DNA of 64,000 nucleotides from Candidatus Eremiobacteria bacterium (GTDB lineage Bacteria > Vulcanimicrobiota > Vulcanimicrobiia > Vulcanimicrobiales > Vulcanimicrobiaceae): positions 320,001-384,000 of the forward strand of contig CAVWUU010000001.1 of assembly GCA_963758295.1 (NCBI GenBank), read 5' to 3'. The notes beneath the pieces were generated by a model that was given only the letters and a program-made list of their open reading frames with translations, did not search any database and was not told where the DNA came from. This document shows positions 19,619 through 28,117 of the stretch, in pieces (position 1 is the stretch's first letter; each line of letters starts with the position of its first letter). Made by a program: the position numbers and the translations under genes.

Positions 19619-20948
19619 CGATGTCGGGTGCGAACGCGTGCGGCAGAAGCTCGGCGAAACGGTCCGCCAGATTCAAATCGAAAAGTTCGTCCAACATGCG
19701 CGCGTGCGAAAGCGCTTCCGCATGATTCGTCGTTGCTTTCTCTCGAATTTTCACGACGACGGAGTGCAGCAGCTTCGAAACGATCGTCATGGTCATGCCG
19801 GTGATCAGCATTTTTTCGCGCTCGGTTAAGTCCGTGCAGCGTGAGAAGAGCCGCTCCAGTTCGGCGACGCGAATCGTTTCGGCCTTTTGCGTAAGCGACG
19901 CAATTACGGGTACGGCCAACCGCGACTGATACCATGCGCTGAAGCGCGCAATAAACTCCTCGATGATTTCTTCGACTTGCGGGATCGCTTCGCGGCGCAC
20001 GTCGAGCTTCTCGTCTACGACGGACTTCAATCCGTCGACGTCGATAAGCGAAACGTTCTCCACCGTCGTAACCAACGGGTCCACGTCTCTGGGCACCGCG
20101 ATATCGATAAAGAAGACCGGGCGACCGGGACGGCGCGCCATGGCATCTTCCACGTGCGCTTTTGAAACAACGAAATGCGATGCACCCGTAGATGTGACCA
20201 CGATATCCGCAGCGGCAAGCGCGTCGGTTAGGCCCGGCATTTCGATCGCTTCGCCGAAGCCGACTTCCGCGATCAATTCCTGTGCGCGCGACATCGTACG
20301 GTTCGTCACGATGAGATTGTCGGCGCCTTCCTCGCGCAGCCGTCGCACGGCCGTGCGCCCCATCTTGCCTGCGCCGATAACGACGACGGATTTCTTGTTC
20401 AGCGTCCCGAGTCGCGCTTTTGCTGCTTCGATCGCGGCCGTCGCAATCGAAGCCGACTCGTCCCCGATGCGCGTTTGCGAACGGGCGTGTTTGCCGGCGT
20501 TGAGCGCTTCGCGGAAGAGCCGGTGCAGCGTTTTGCCGAGCGACTTTGCGTGCTGTGCCTGGATGTAGGCGTCTTTGACTTGACCGAGCACTTCGGCTTC
20601 GCCGATGACCATCGAATCGAGTCCGGTGGAAACGCGGAACAGATGATCGATCGCCTGGCGTCCGAGCAACGTGTAAAGATACGAGTCGAGGTCATACCGT
20701 TCGCGGACCATTCCGTGCCCGAAATTTCCGAGGAACGACTTGAGTTGCGCGACGCCCATTTCGTAGTCGTCGAGTTCGGCGTAAATCTCGAGGCGGCCGC
20801 ACGTCTGCAGCATGACCGCTTCTTTCACGGCGCTGTAGTCGTGCAGTGCCGTCAGCGCTTCGACGACGCGCGTTGCCGGGAATGCGTGACGTTCGCGGAC
20901 TTCAACCGGTGCCGTATGGTGCGAAAGCCCAAGACAAACTAGAGGCAC
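19611..20948 (-). CDS. hemA: Glutamyl-tRNA reductase
   Basis: GLSHHTAPVEVRE, TCGRLEIY, HLFRVSTGLDSMVIGE, GAGKMG and DIAVPRD. Confidence 0.93.
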   Translation of the reverse strand: MPLVCLGLSHHTAPVEVRERHAFPATRVVEALTALHDYSAVKEAVMLQTCGRLEIYAELDDYEMGVAQLKSFLGNFGHGMVRERYDLDSYLYTLLGRQAIDHLFRVSTGLDSMVIGEAEVLGQVKDAYIQAQHAKSLGKTLHRLFREALNAGKHARSQTRIGDESASIATAAIEAAKARLGTLNKKSVVVIGAGKMGRTAVRRLREEGADNLIVTNRTMSRAQELIAEVGFGEAIEMPGLTDALAAADIVVTSTGASHFVVSKAHVEDAMARRPGRPVFFIDIAVPRDVDPLVTTVENVSLIDVDGLKSVVDEKLDVRREAIPQVEEIIEEFIARFSAWYQSRLAVPVIASLTQKAETIRVAELERLFSRCTDLTEREKMLITGMTMTIVSKLLHSVVVKIREKATTNHAEALSHARMLDELFDLNLADRFAELLPHAFAPDIDE

Positions 20949-21634
20949 TACGCGCGACGCTCCGTGACGCCCGAATCGACGCTAAGACGATGCGTCAAAA
21001 TCGACATTTCACCCGCAAGATCGATATTCCGGACGATCACCGGAGCGCGCAGCTGCAATGGAGCCGGCGCAAAGTTGAGGATCGCACGTACGCCGCAGCC
21101 CGCCAAGCGCTCGGCGGTTGCCTGCGCAGCGTTCGCGGGGACGGCCAGCACGCCGATGTTACACGCGGCGTCGTGTACTATGCGTTCCATTTCAGCGATG
21201 TCGTGTACGGTGATTCCCTGCCAGGCTTGACCAATCACGGACGGCGACCGGTCGAAAATGGCGGCAATTCGGAAACGGGCTTCGCGAGCCGTGATAAACG
21301 TCGCAAACGCGTGGCCGAGATAACCAAAGCCGACCACTGCGATTCGCCAGTCATGCTCCAATCCTAAAACCCAGGCGAGCTGCTCTACAAGCGGATTAAT
21401 CGCATACCCCTGGCCACGCCGCCCAAGGGGGCCCAGCGCCGAGAGGTCCTTTCGGATTTGCGTGCTCGTAATGGCGTGGCCAAGCAGCGCCGCAAGCCCA
21501 TGCGACGTAATGGTTTCCTTGCCGGTCGCTTGCGCTTCGCGCAGGGCGCGATGGTACGCATACAGCCGCGGGATCGCAACCGCGACTAACGGTTCGGCGA
21601 CGGGCGTTGCGGCAGACGCCTTCGGATCGATCAT
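20948..21634 (-). CDS. rex: Redox-sensing transcriptional repressor Rex
   Basis: RLYAYHRAL, QIRKDLS..G..GRRGQGY, GFGYLG Rossmann motif and ILNFAP. Confidence 0.92.
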   Translation of the reverse strand: MIDPKASAATPVAEPLVAVAIPRLYAYHRALREAQATGKETITSHGLAALLGHAITSTQIRKDLSALGPLGRRGQGYAINPLVEQLAWVLGLEHDWRIAVVGFGYLGHAFATFITAREARFRIAAIFDRSPSVIGQAWQGITVHDIAEMERIVHDAACNIGVLAVPANAAQATAERLAGCGVRAILNFAPAPLQLRAPVIVRNIDLAGEMSILTHRLSVDSGVTERRA

Positions 21635-22932
21635 CGAGCGGCGGCGCGAATCTCGCTCAAAGCTTCGTCTGCAGCGGTAAGTGTCGTTTCGACGTCTCGC
21701 GTCGTGTGCGCGCTTGAAACAAATCCCGCTTCGAACTGCGAAGGCGCAAGGTACACTCCGCGATCCATCATGCTGTGGAAGAACCGGCCGTAAAGTGCCG
21801 TGTCGGCGGTCATCGCGCTTTGTAAATCGACCACCGGACCTTCCGTGAAGAAGAAGCCGAACATCGAACCGGCGGAAGCGACCGCGTGCGCAACGGCGTG
21901 CTTGGCGAAGATTTCGTGCAGGCCTTCGGCGAGCAAATTCGTCATCACTTCGAGCCGTTCGTACAACGTCGCGTCCTCACGAATCAGTTTCAGCGTAGCA
22001 ATGCCGGCCGCCATCGCAAGCGGATTGCCCGAAAGCGTACCCGCATGAAAAACGGGACCTTCGGGGGTGAGATAATTCATGATTTCGGCGCGTCCGCCGA
22101 ATGCGCCGACCGGAAGACCGCCGCCGATGACTTTTCCGAGCGTCGTAAGATCGGGTGCGATGTTCTCGCGTTCTTGCACGCCGCCGCGCCCGACGCGAAA
22201 GCCCGTCATGACTTCGTCGAAAATCAAAACCGATTTATTGCGCGTGCACAGCTCGCGCACCGTTTGCAAGTACCCTTCACGCGGCAGGACAAGGCCCATG
22301 TTGCCGACATACGGCTCGATGATAACGGCGGCGATTTCCTCGCCATACGTTTCGAACGCGTCGGTCAATGCTTGCGCGTTGTTGTAGTCCACGACGATTG
22401 TGTCGCCTGCGGCGCTCTTCGGGATTCCCGGAGAGTTCGGAACGCCGAGCGTTAGCGCGCTCGAACCCGCGGATATCAAAAACGCGTCTGCAGCACCATG
22501 GTAGCAGCCGGCGAATTTTACGATTTTATCGCGCCGCGTGTAGCCGCGTGCAAGGCGAACGGCGTTCATCGTGGCTTCCGTGCCGCTGGAGGTGAAGCGC
22601 ACTTTTTCGATGCTCGGGACCATCGCTACGATGAGTTCCGCCAGCTCGCTTTCGGCTTCGGTCGGCGTGCCGAACGAGCTTCCGCGGGCGGCAGCCGTTT
22701 GAATCGCTTTTACGACCGCCGGATGAGCGTGTCCAAGAATGAGCGGACCCCACGAAAGGACATAATCGATGTACTCATGGCCATCTATGTCCGTAATGGT
22801 TGCGCCGGCGCCCTGTTTCATGAAAACCGGCGTACCCCCAACGGCTTTAAAGGCGCGGACGGAAGAGTTCACGCCGCCGGGAATGACGTTTTTCGCGCGA
22901 GCAAAAGCCGAGATCGAGCGTTCGAAGTTCAC
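21631..22932 (-). CDS. hemL: Glutamate-1-semialdehyde 2,1-aminomutase
   Basis: IPGGVNSSVRAF, SSGTEATM, FDEVMTGFR, GKVIGGGLP and APSQFE. Confidence 0.95.
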   Translation of the reverse strand: MNFERSISAFARAKNVIPGGVNSSVRAFKAVGGTPVFMKQGAGATITDIDGHEYIDYVLSWGPLILGHAHPAVVKAIQTAAARGSSFGTPTEAESELAELIVAMVPSIEKVRFTSSGTEATMNAVRLARGYTRRDKIVKFAGCYHGAADAFLISAGSSALTLGVPNSPGIPKSAAGDTIVVDYNNAQALTDAFETYGEEIAAVIIEPYVGNMGLVLPREGYLQTVRELCTRNKSVLIFDEVMTGFRVGRGGVQERENIAPDLTTLGKVIGGGLPVGAFGGRAEIMNYLTPEGPVFHAGTLSGNPLAMAAGIATLKLIREDATLYERLEVMTNLLAEGLHEIFAKHAVAHAVASAGSMFGFFFTEGPVVDLQSAMTADTALYGRFFHSMMDRGVYLAPSQFEAGFVSSAHTTRDVETTLTAADEALSEIRAAAR

Positions 22933-23513
22933 GCGAGTCCTTTCGACTCCGGTTCGCCGATTCGTTCTAAATCGGCTTCGGTATTGACGTTGCTGAAATA
23001 ACGCGGAGGCATCGGTATGTGTCTCGCGCCGAGCCTTTCGATGATTCCATGCATCGAATAGCGTCCTTCGGCCAGGGCTTGCGTTGCTTCCCGGAGCAGC
23101 GCCTTTCGCAGGTAGAGGCCCGCTAGCGGCTCGGCTCGGCCCTCATGCTCCGGCACGGCACATCGATCGCCGGGCTGCCATGCCGCGAGCAGCGCGTCCA
23201 AGACCTCGAGCGTGACTCCCGGCGCGTCTCCCGCAACAGCGAAAATCAGCTCCTCCCCGATCGTGGCGGCCGCAGTCGCAAGTCCCCCGAGCGGCCCGCG
23301 TTCCGGCAATTCGTCAATGATGAGCGGGCATGGCAGCGCATCGGCAAGCGATCGGGAAAACGAAGCATTTACAGAAACATAGACCGGGTTGCGCCCGGCG
23401 ACGTGTTGGTACACGGCCAAGAGCAACGGCGTGCCGCGTAGCGGACGTTCCAATTTCCTTGGAAAACGGCGGGCTTCGCCGCCGCCGAGGATGACGATCG
23501 CTACGCCGTTCAC
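22929..23513 (-). CDS. mobA: Molybdenum cofactor guanylyltransferase (MobA-like)
   Basis: ILGGGEARRFPRK, GPLGGL, AGDAP, EPLAGLY and FSNVNTEADL. Confidence 0.8.
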   Translation of the reverse strand: MNGVAIVILGGGEARRFPRKLERPLRGTPLLLAVYQHVAGRNPVYVSVNASFSRSLADALPCPLIIDELPERGPLGGLATAAATIGEELIFAVAGDAPGVTLEVLDALLAAWQPGDRCAVPEHEGRAEPLAGLYLRKALLREATQALAEGRYSMHGIIERLGARHIPMPPRYFSNVNTEADLERIGEPESKGLA

Positions 23514-23516
23514 CGG

Positions 23517-24485
23517 CTAGCCTCCGTGGCGCCGCGCATACTCTTTTGCGAAGTACGTGATGATGATATCTGCGCCGGCACGCGTGAAACACACGAGCAA
23601 CTCGTCGATCGCGCGGTCGCCTTCGAGCCAGCCGTTAGCGATTGCGGCCTGCATCATCGAGTATTCGCCGCTCACGTTGTACACCGCAATCGGCGCCGTA
23701 AATTCGTCGCGCGCCGCGCGCACGATATCGAGATACGGAAGGCCGGGCTTCACCATGATAACGTCTGCGCCTTCGTCAAGATCGAGCGCCATTTCGCGCA
23801 ACGCTTCCCGTGCGTTCGGCGGATCCATTTGGTACGTGCGGCGGTCGCCGGATTGCGGCGTCGAGCCGGCGGCTTCGCGGAACGGCCCATAAAAGGCGGA
23901 CGCGTATTTTGCGCTGTAAGCCATGATCGCTACGTCGGTATAATCGCGGGCGTCGAGTGCGCAACGTAGCGCGCCAACGCGGCCGTCCATCATATCGGAA
24001 GGCGCAATGACGTCGACACCAGCTTGCGCATACGTGATCGCGGTGCGAACGAGCAGATCCACCGTCTTGTCGTTGTCCACGTCGCCGCGCTCGTTGACGA
24101 TTCCGCAGTGACCGTGATCGGTGTATTCGCAATTGCACAAATCTGCAATAACGAGCATTTCGGGGAGCGCTTTTTTGATTTCGCGAATCGCGCGTTGCAC
24201 GACGCCGTTCGAATCGTAGTTGCTTGACGCCACCGCATCTTTAAATTCGGGAATGCCGAAGAGCAGCACGCTTTTTACGCCAAGCGAAAAGAGCTCTTGC
24301 GCTTCTCGAACGGCGCCGTCGACGGTAAAACGGTCGACGCCCGGCATCGAAGAAATCGGACCCGCGTCACTTTCCCGTGCGACCACGAAAAGCGGCTGCA
24401 CCAATTGATCGACGCGCGTTTGATATTCCCTAACGAGCGCGCGTAAGACGGGCGTGCGGCGAAGCCGCCGGGGACGAACGTTCAT
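23517..24485 (-). CDS. hemB: Porphobilinogen synthase (Zn-type)
   Basis: RPRRLR, DLCNCEYTDHGHCG, APSDMMDGR, YSAKYASAFYGPFR and YNVSGEY. Confidence 0.96.
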   Translation of the reverse strand: MNVRPRRLRRTPVLRALVREYQTRVDQLVQPLFVVARESDAGPISSMPGVDRFTVDGAVREAQELFSLGVKSVLLFGIPEFKDAVASSNYDSNGVVQRAIREIKKALPEMLVIADLCNCEYTDHGHCGIVNERGDVDNDKTVDLLVRTAITYAQAGVDVIAPSDMMDGRVGALRCALDARDYTDVAIMAYSAKYASAFYGPFREAAGSTPQSGDRRTYQMDPPNAREALREMALDLDEGADVIMVKPGLPYLDIVRAARDEFTAPIAVYNVSGEYSMMQAAIANGWLEGDRAIDELLVCFTRAGADIIITYFAKEYARRHGG

Positions 24486-26369
24486 TTACTGGCCTAAATG
24501 CTCCGCAATGAGGGCGACAAATGCTTCGACCGAAGCTTCGGGCGCAATGAGGTCGGGCGCGAATCCCGCTTCACGTGCGGCATTTCCGGACTGTGGTCCC
24601 ATAGCCGCTACTGCGGGGCGCGGTTGGAATTCGCGAAGATTTGGAAGGTACCGCGCGGCGGCCGCGACGGACCCGCTCGACGGAAAGATCAGCATATCGG
24701 GCCGGCGTGAAACGTCGCTCGAGCCGTTGCCCGGCTGCAATTCGACAACGTCGACGCCGCGGAGCCGCAATTCTGCGGCAATGCGGCTCGGCCGGTCCTG
24801 GCTGCGCGCAAGGAAGACGAGTCGCGCGCCGTTATTTCCGGCGTGCGGCGCAAGCGATTCCGCAATCGCCGTGCCTAGCGCTTCGGCCTCTTCAACGGTT
24901 TTCACGGGCCTTTCGAGCCGTTCGCGCACGATTTGGTTGCGGCCGGTAAGTGCAAAGGCCGCGTGAACCGTCATGTTCTCACCGATGAGCTGCGCGTGCA
25001 CGCCGAGCGGCGCGTTGCAGCCGGCACGCAGATTGCGAAGAGCAGCGCGCTCGCACGCGACGCACAACTCCGTTTCAGCATCGTTTATTACCGCGCGGAG
25101 CTTTTCTGAGAGGGCCGTTTCATCGGCGCGTGTTTCTATCGCCAACGCCCCTTGCGCCACCGCCGGGACCATCGCCTCGACGGAGAACGGCACCGTGTGC
25201 GTTGCGGCAACGCGCAGCCGGTTGAGGCCCGCCATCGCGAGCACGATCGCGTCGTATTTGCCTTCGCGAAGCTTGCGCAGACGCGTGTCGACGTTGCCCC
25301 GGATATCTTCGTAGCGCAAATCCGGACGCAGCGCTTCCAATTGCGTGCGCCGGCGCAAACTCGAAGTGCCTACCACTGCGCCTGCCGGCAGATCGCCGAA
25401 CGAGGCATAGCGCTCGCTGCAGAAGGCGTCGCGCGGATCTTCACGTTTGGAAATCGCGGCGAGCTGCATGTCGGGTTCCAACACGCCGGGCAGATCTTTG
25501 CATGAATGCACGGCGTAATCGGCGCGCCGGTCGCGTAACGCGATTTCGAGTTCTTTCACAAAAACGTTCATACTGCCGATCGCTGCAACGGGCCGGTCTT
25601 GAACGCGGTCACCGGTCGTGGTGACGTTGAGAATGGTGGTTGCAATGCCGGCCTCGGCGAGGCGCGCCGCAACGGTGCGCGTTTGCGTCATGGCAAGCGC
25701 ACTCGCCCGCGAAGCGCAAATGACCGCGCCGGTTCGCTTCTCAATGCCGCCGTGTTCTACGCGCTGGATCATCGCTTCGACGGTGTGCTCGCCTTCAATC
25801 GGGTCCATCGCGGATAAATCTTCTACCGGCAATTCGGCCAGTTCGCGCAACACCGCTGCGCGCCGTTCTTGCGGCAGGACGGCCTGAACGTACGCGCGCA
25901 TGCGCGCCAAGGTTTGCGCGGCGGCCGCGTACTTTGCATCGAAACGCTCGCCGAGTTCGCGCGCAAGCCGTTTCGAAAAGGCCGGCGTGCTGCCGCCCGA
26001 GTCGACGCTGAACGTCAGCTCGCCGACGCGAACCGTTGCCTGCATTGTGAAATCGCCGTTTTCCGGTGACGTCGCGTCGCAAGCCAGAATGCCGGCCGCC
26101 CGCGCATCGCGCACGACTCCGTCGTTAACAGCCGGGTCGCCGGTCGCCGCGATAACCAGAGAAACACCCTTCACGTCCGAGGCTTCATACGCGCGGCGTA
26201 ACAGCTCGGACTTGGGATCGAGCGCTTCGATCTTCGGATCGATTTGGGGAGCAACGACTCGAAGGCGGAAGCCGGCCGCGAGAAGCGCTTCGGCTTTACG
26301 CAGCGCAACATTGCCGCCGCCGGCGATCAGCGCTTGACGGCCTTGCGTTCGAAGAGCGATTGGAAGCAT
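24486..26369 (-). CDS. hemC: Triple fusion: precorrin-2 dehydrogenase/ferrochelatase-like (SirC/Met8/CysG-N) + hydroxymethylbilane synthase + C-terminal HemD-like half domain
   Basis: IAGGGNVALRKA...VIAATGD...SGGSTPAF (SirC-like); SRASALAMTQ, TTGDR, FVKELE, GTSSLRR, RGNVDTRL and GCNAPLG (HemC); FPSSGSV...AMGPQS (HemD-like). One continuous frame from ATG 26369. Confidence 0.9.
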   Translation of the reverse strand: MLPIALRTQGRQALIAGGGNVALRKAEALLAAGFRLRVVAPQIDPKIEALDPKSELLRRAYEASDVKGVSLVIAATGDPAVNDGVVRDARAAGILACDATSPENGDFTMQATVRVGELTFSVDSGGSTPAFSKRLARELGERFDAKYAAAAQTLARMRAYVQAVLPQERRAAVLRELAELPVEDLSAMDPIEGEHTVEAMIQRVEHGGIEKRTGAVICASRASALAMTQTRTVAARLAEAGIATTILNVTTTGDRVQDRPVAAIGSMNVFVKELEIALRDRRADYAVHSCKDLPGVLEPDMQLAAISKREDPRDAFCSERYASFGDLPAGAVVGTSSLRRRTQLEALRPDLRYEDIRGNVDTRLRKLREGKYDAIVLAMAGLNRLRVAATHTVPFSVEAMVPAVAQGALAIETRADETALSEKLRAVINDAETELCVACERAALRNLRAGCNAPLGVHAQLIGENMTVHAAFALTGRNQIVRERLERPVKTVEEAEALGTAIAESLAPHAGNNGARLVFLARSQDRPSRIAAELRLRGVDVVELQPGNGSSDVSRRPDMLIFPSSGSVAAAARYLPNLREFQPRPAVAAMGPQSGNAAREAGFAPDLIAPEASVEAFVALIAEHLGQ

Positions 26370-26380
26370 GGGTTTCTCGG

Positions 26381-28030
26381 ATGAGTTCCCCGCCCGCGCG
26401 CCAAACACCGTCACCCCATATGGAAAGACCCGCACGTGCGGCTTTTGTCGGCGTCGTCATTGCCGCGCTCATTACTCTCCCCGGACTGGGTGCGGGCACC
26501 CTTTGGGATAACAGCGAGACGGCTTACGGCGAAGTCGCCCGCGAGATTCTCCTGACCCACGATTGGGTCGTGATGCATCTCAACGGGGCAGTGTGGTTCG
26601 TGCAGCCGCCGCTCTACTTTTGGATTGCCGCCGCTTCGGCGCTGGTCTTTGGGGTTACGTCGTTTGCATTTCGCCTGCCGGCCGCGCTTGCGACGATCGT
26701 AATGGGCGGGATGACGGGATACGCCGTTGCTCGTCAGGCGGGCACGCGAATCGGGGTTTACGCAAGCGCCATTCTTTCGAGCTGCCTGATGCAAGCGATC
26801 ATCGGACGGCTTGCAATCATGGATGCCCTGCTCGATCTTGCGGTCGCTTTTGCGATTTTTTGGTGGTTCCGGTGCCTTGAGTCGGGGCGCGACCGGTATT
26901 TCGTCTTTGGCTGGATCGCGGCGGCGCTCGGTTTTCTTGCGAAAGGGCCCGTCGCACCGGTTATCGCGTTGCTCGTAATCGTGCCTTTCGCGTGGTGGAA
27001 TTCGCGCGCGGAATCGATGAGGCTTCCCTCGGTACGCGCGTGGCTGTGGGGTTGCGCCATCACGGTTCTAATCATTGCCCCGTGGCTCGTCGCGGTAGGG
27101 ATCCATTCCGGGCCGCACGCGCTGATCGAACTCATCGGCCACTACACCGTTGGACGCTACACGGGCGTGATCGAAAACCAGTCCGGGCCGTTTTGGTATT
27201 ACCTTCCGGTGCTGATCCTTGGGTTCTTTCCGTGGATTGCGTTTTTGCCGATGGCCGTTGCGTACGGAATCCGCCAACTGCGTTCGCCCGAAACCGATCC
27301 GGCGATCGCGCGGCTGTGGCGCCTAGCGTTCTCGTGGATCGTTTTACCGCTGGTTTTCTTTAGCTGCGCGAAAACGAAGTTACCCAACTACATCGCACTC
27401 GAGTTCCCGGCGCTCGCGCTTGCAACTGCGTTATATTTTGACAGCGTCGTTCGCAAAGGCCGTAGCCGCTCCGCCATCGTGTCGGCAGCAAGCGTTCCGG
27501 TCTTTATCGGTCTCGTCGCGATTGCCATTGCCGTTTTCGTGCGTGACAACCGCCTTGGCGCGGTCGCCGGCAACGTCGTTCCCGATCTTGCCGTTATGGG
27601 CAGCATCATTTTCGCGGGCTCGTTGTTGACGGCAGTCCTGCTCGGCTTCCGGCGAACGGTTGGTCTTGCGCCATATGCGCTCGCCGTTGCGACGCTGATT
27701 TCGATGGACATTCTTGCAACGGTAGCGCTTCCACACGCCGAAGCGTTCAAGCCGATTCCACACCTCGCAAAAATCATCGATGCGAACCGCAGGCCCGGCG
27801 ATGCCGTAGCGATCGACGACTATCACGGCGGGAACGCGTTGATTTTTTACACCGAGCCGCGCGTATATGCATTACGTAAACAAGTTGCGTGTTCGCATGA
27901 ACGCGTATGGGTCGTAGAACCGAAGAAACGAAGCTCACCCGATCCTACGTTCGGCCGTAAACGCACGAAGCAAGCCGAGTGGGCAACCGCGGCGCTCTAC
28001 CTGATCGACGGGCCGCCCTGTAAGTCTTAA
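26381..28030 (+). CDS. ArnT/PMT-like GT-C glycosyltransferase (family 39/83)
   Basis: LWDNSETAYGEVAREI, PPLYFW, FRLPAAL, LAKGPV, PFWYY and KLPNYI. The start may be 26420. Confidence 0.88.
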   Translation: MSSPPARQTPSPHMERPARAAFVGVVIAALITLPGLGAGTLWDNSETAYGEVAREILLTHDWVVMHLNGAVWFVQPPLYFWIAAASALVFGVTSFAFRLPAALATIVMGGMTGYAVARQAGTRIGVYASAILSSCLMQAIIGRLAIMDALLDLAVAFAIFWWFRCLESGRDRYFVFGWIAAALGFLAKGPVAPVIALLVIVPFAWWNSRAESMRLPSVRAWLWGCAITVLIIAPWLVAVGIHSGPHALIELIGHYTVGRYTGVIENQSGPFWYYLPVLILGFFPWIAFLPMAVAYGIRQLRSPETDPAIARLWRLAFSWIVLPLVFFSCAKTKLPNYIALEFPALALATALYFDSVVRKGRSRSAIVSAASVPVFIGLVAIAIAVFVRDNRLGAVAGNVVPDLAVMGSIIFAGSLLTAVLLGFRRTVGLAPYALAVATLISMDILATVALPHAEAFKPIPHLAKIIDANRRPGDAVAIDDYHGGNALIFYTEPRVYALRKQVACSHERVWVVEPKKRSSPDPTFGRKRTKQAEWATAALYLIDGPPCKS

Positions 28031-28058
28031 TGCCGAACTTTCGTTGTTCGGAATATCG

Positions 28059-28099
28059 GAAAAGGAAGAGCGGCGCATTACTGCGCCGCCCTTTTCTTC
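28059..28099. terminator. Bidirectional intrinsic terminator
   Basis: GCGGCGCA-TTAC-TGCGCCGC stem with an A-rich left flank and T-rich right flank, between convergent genes. Confidence 0.75.
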
Positions 28100-28117
28100 G
28101 GTAACGATTTTGGAGCG

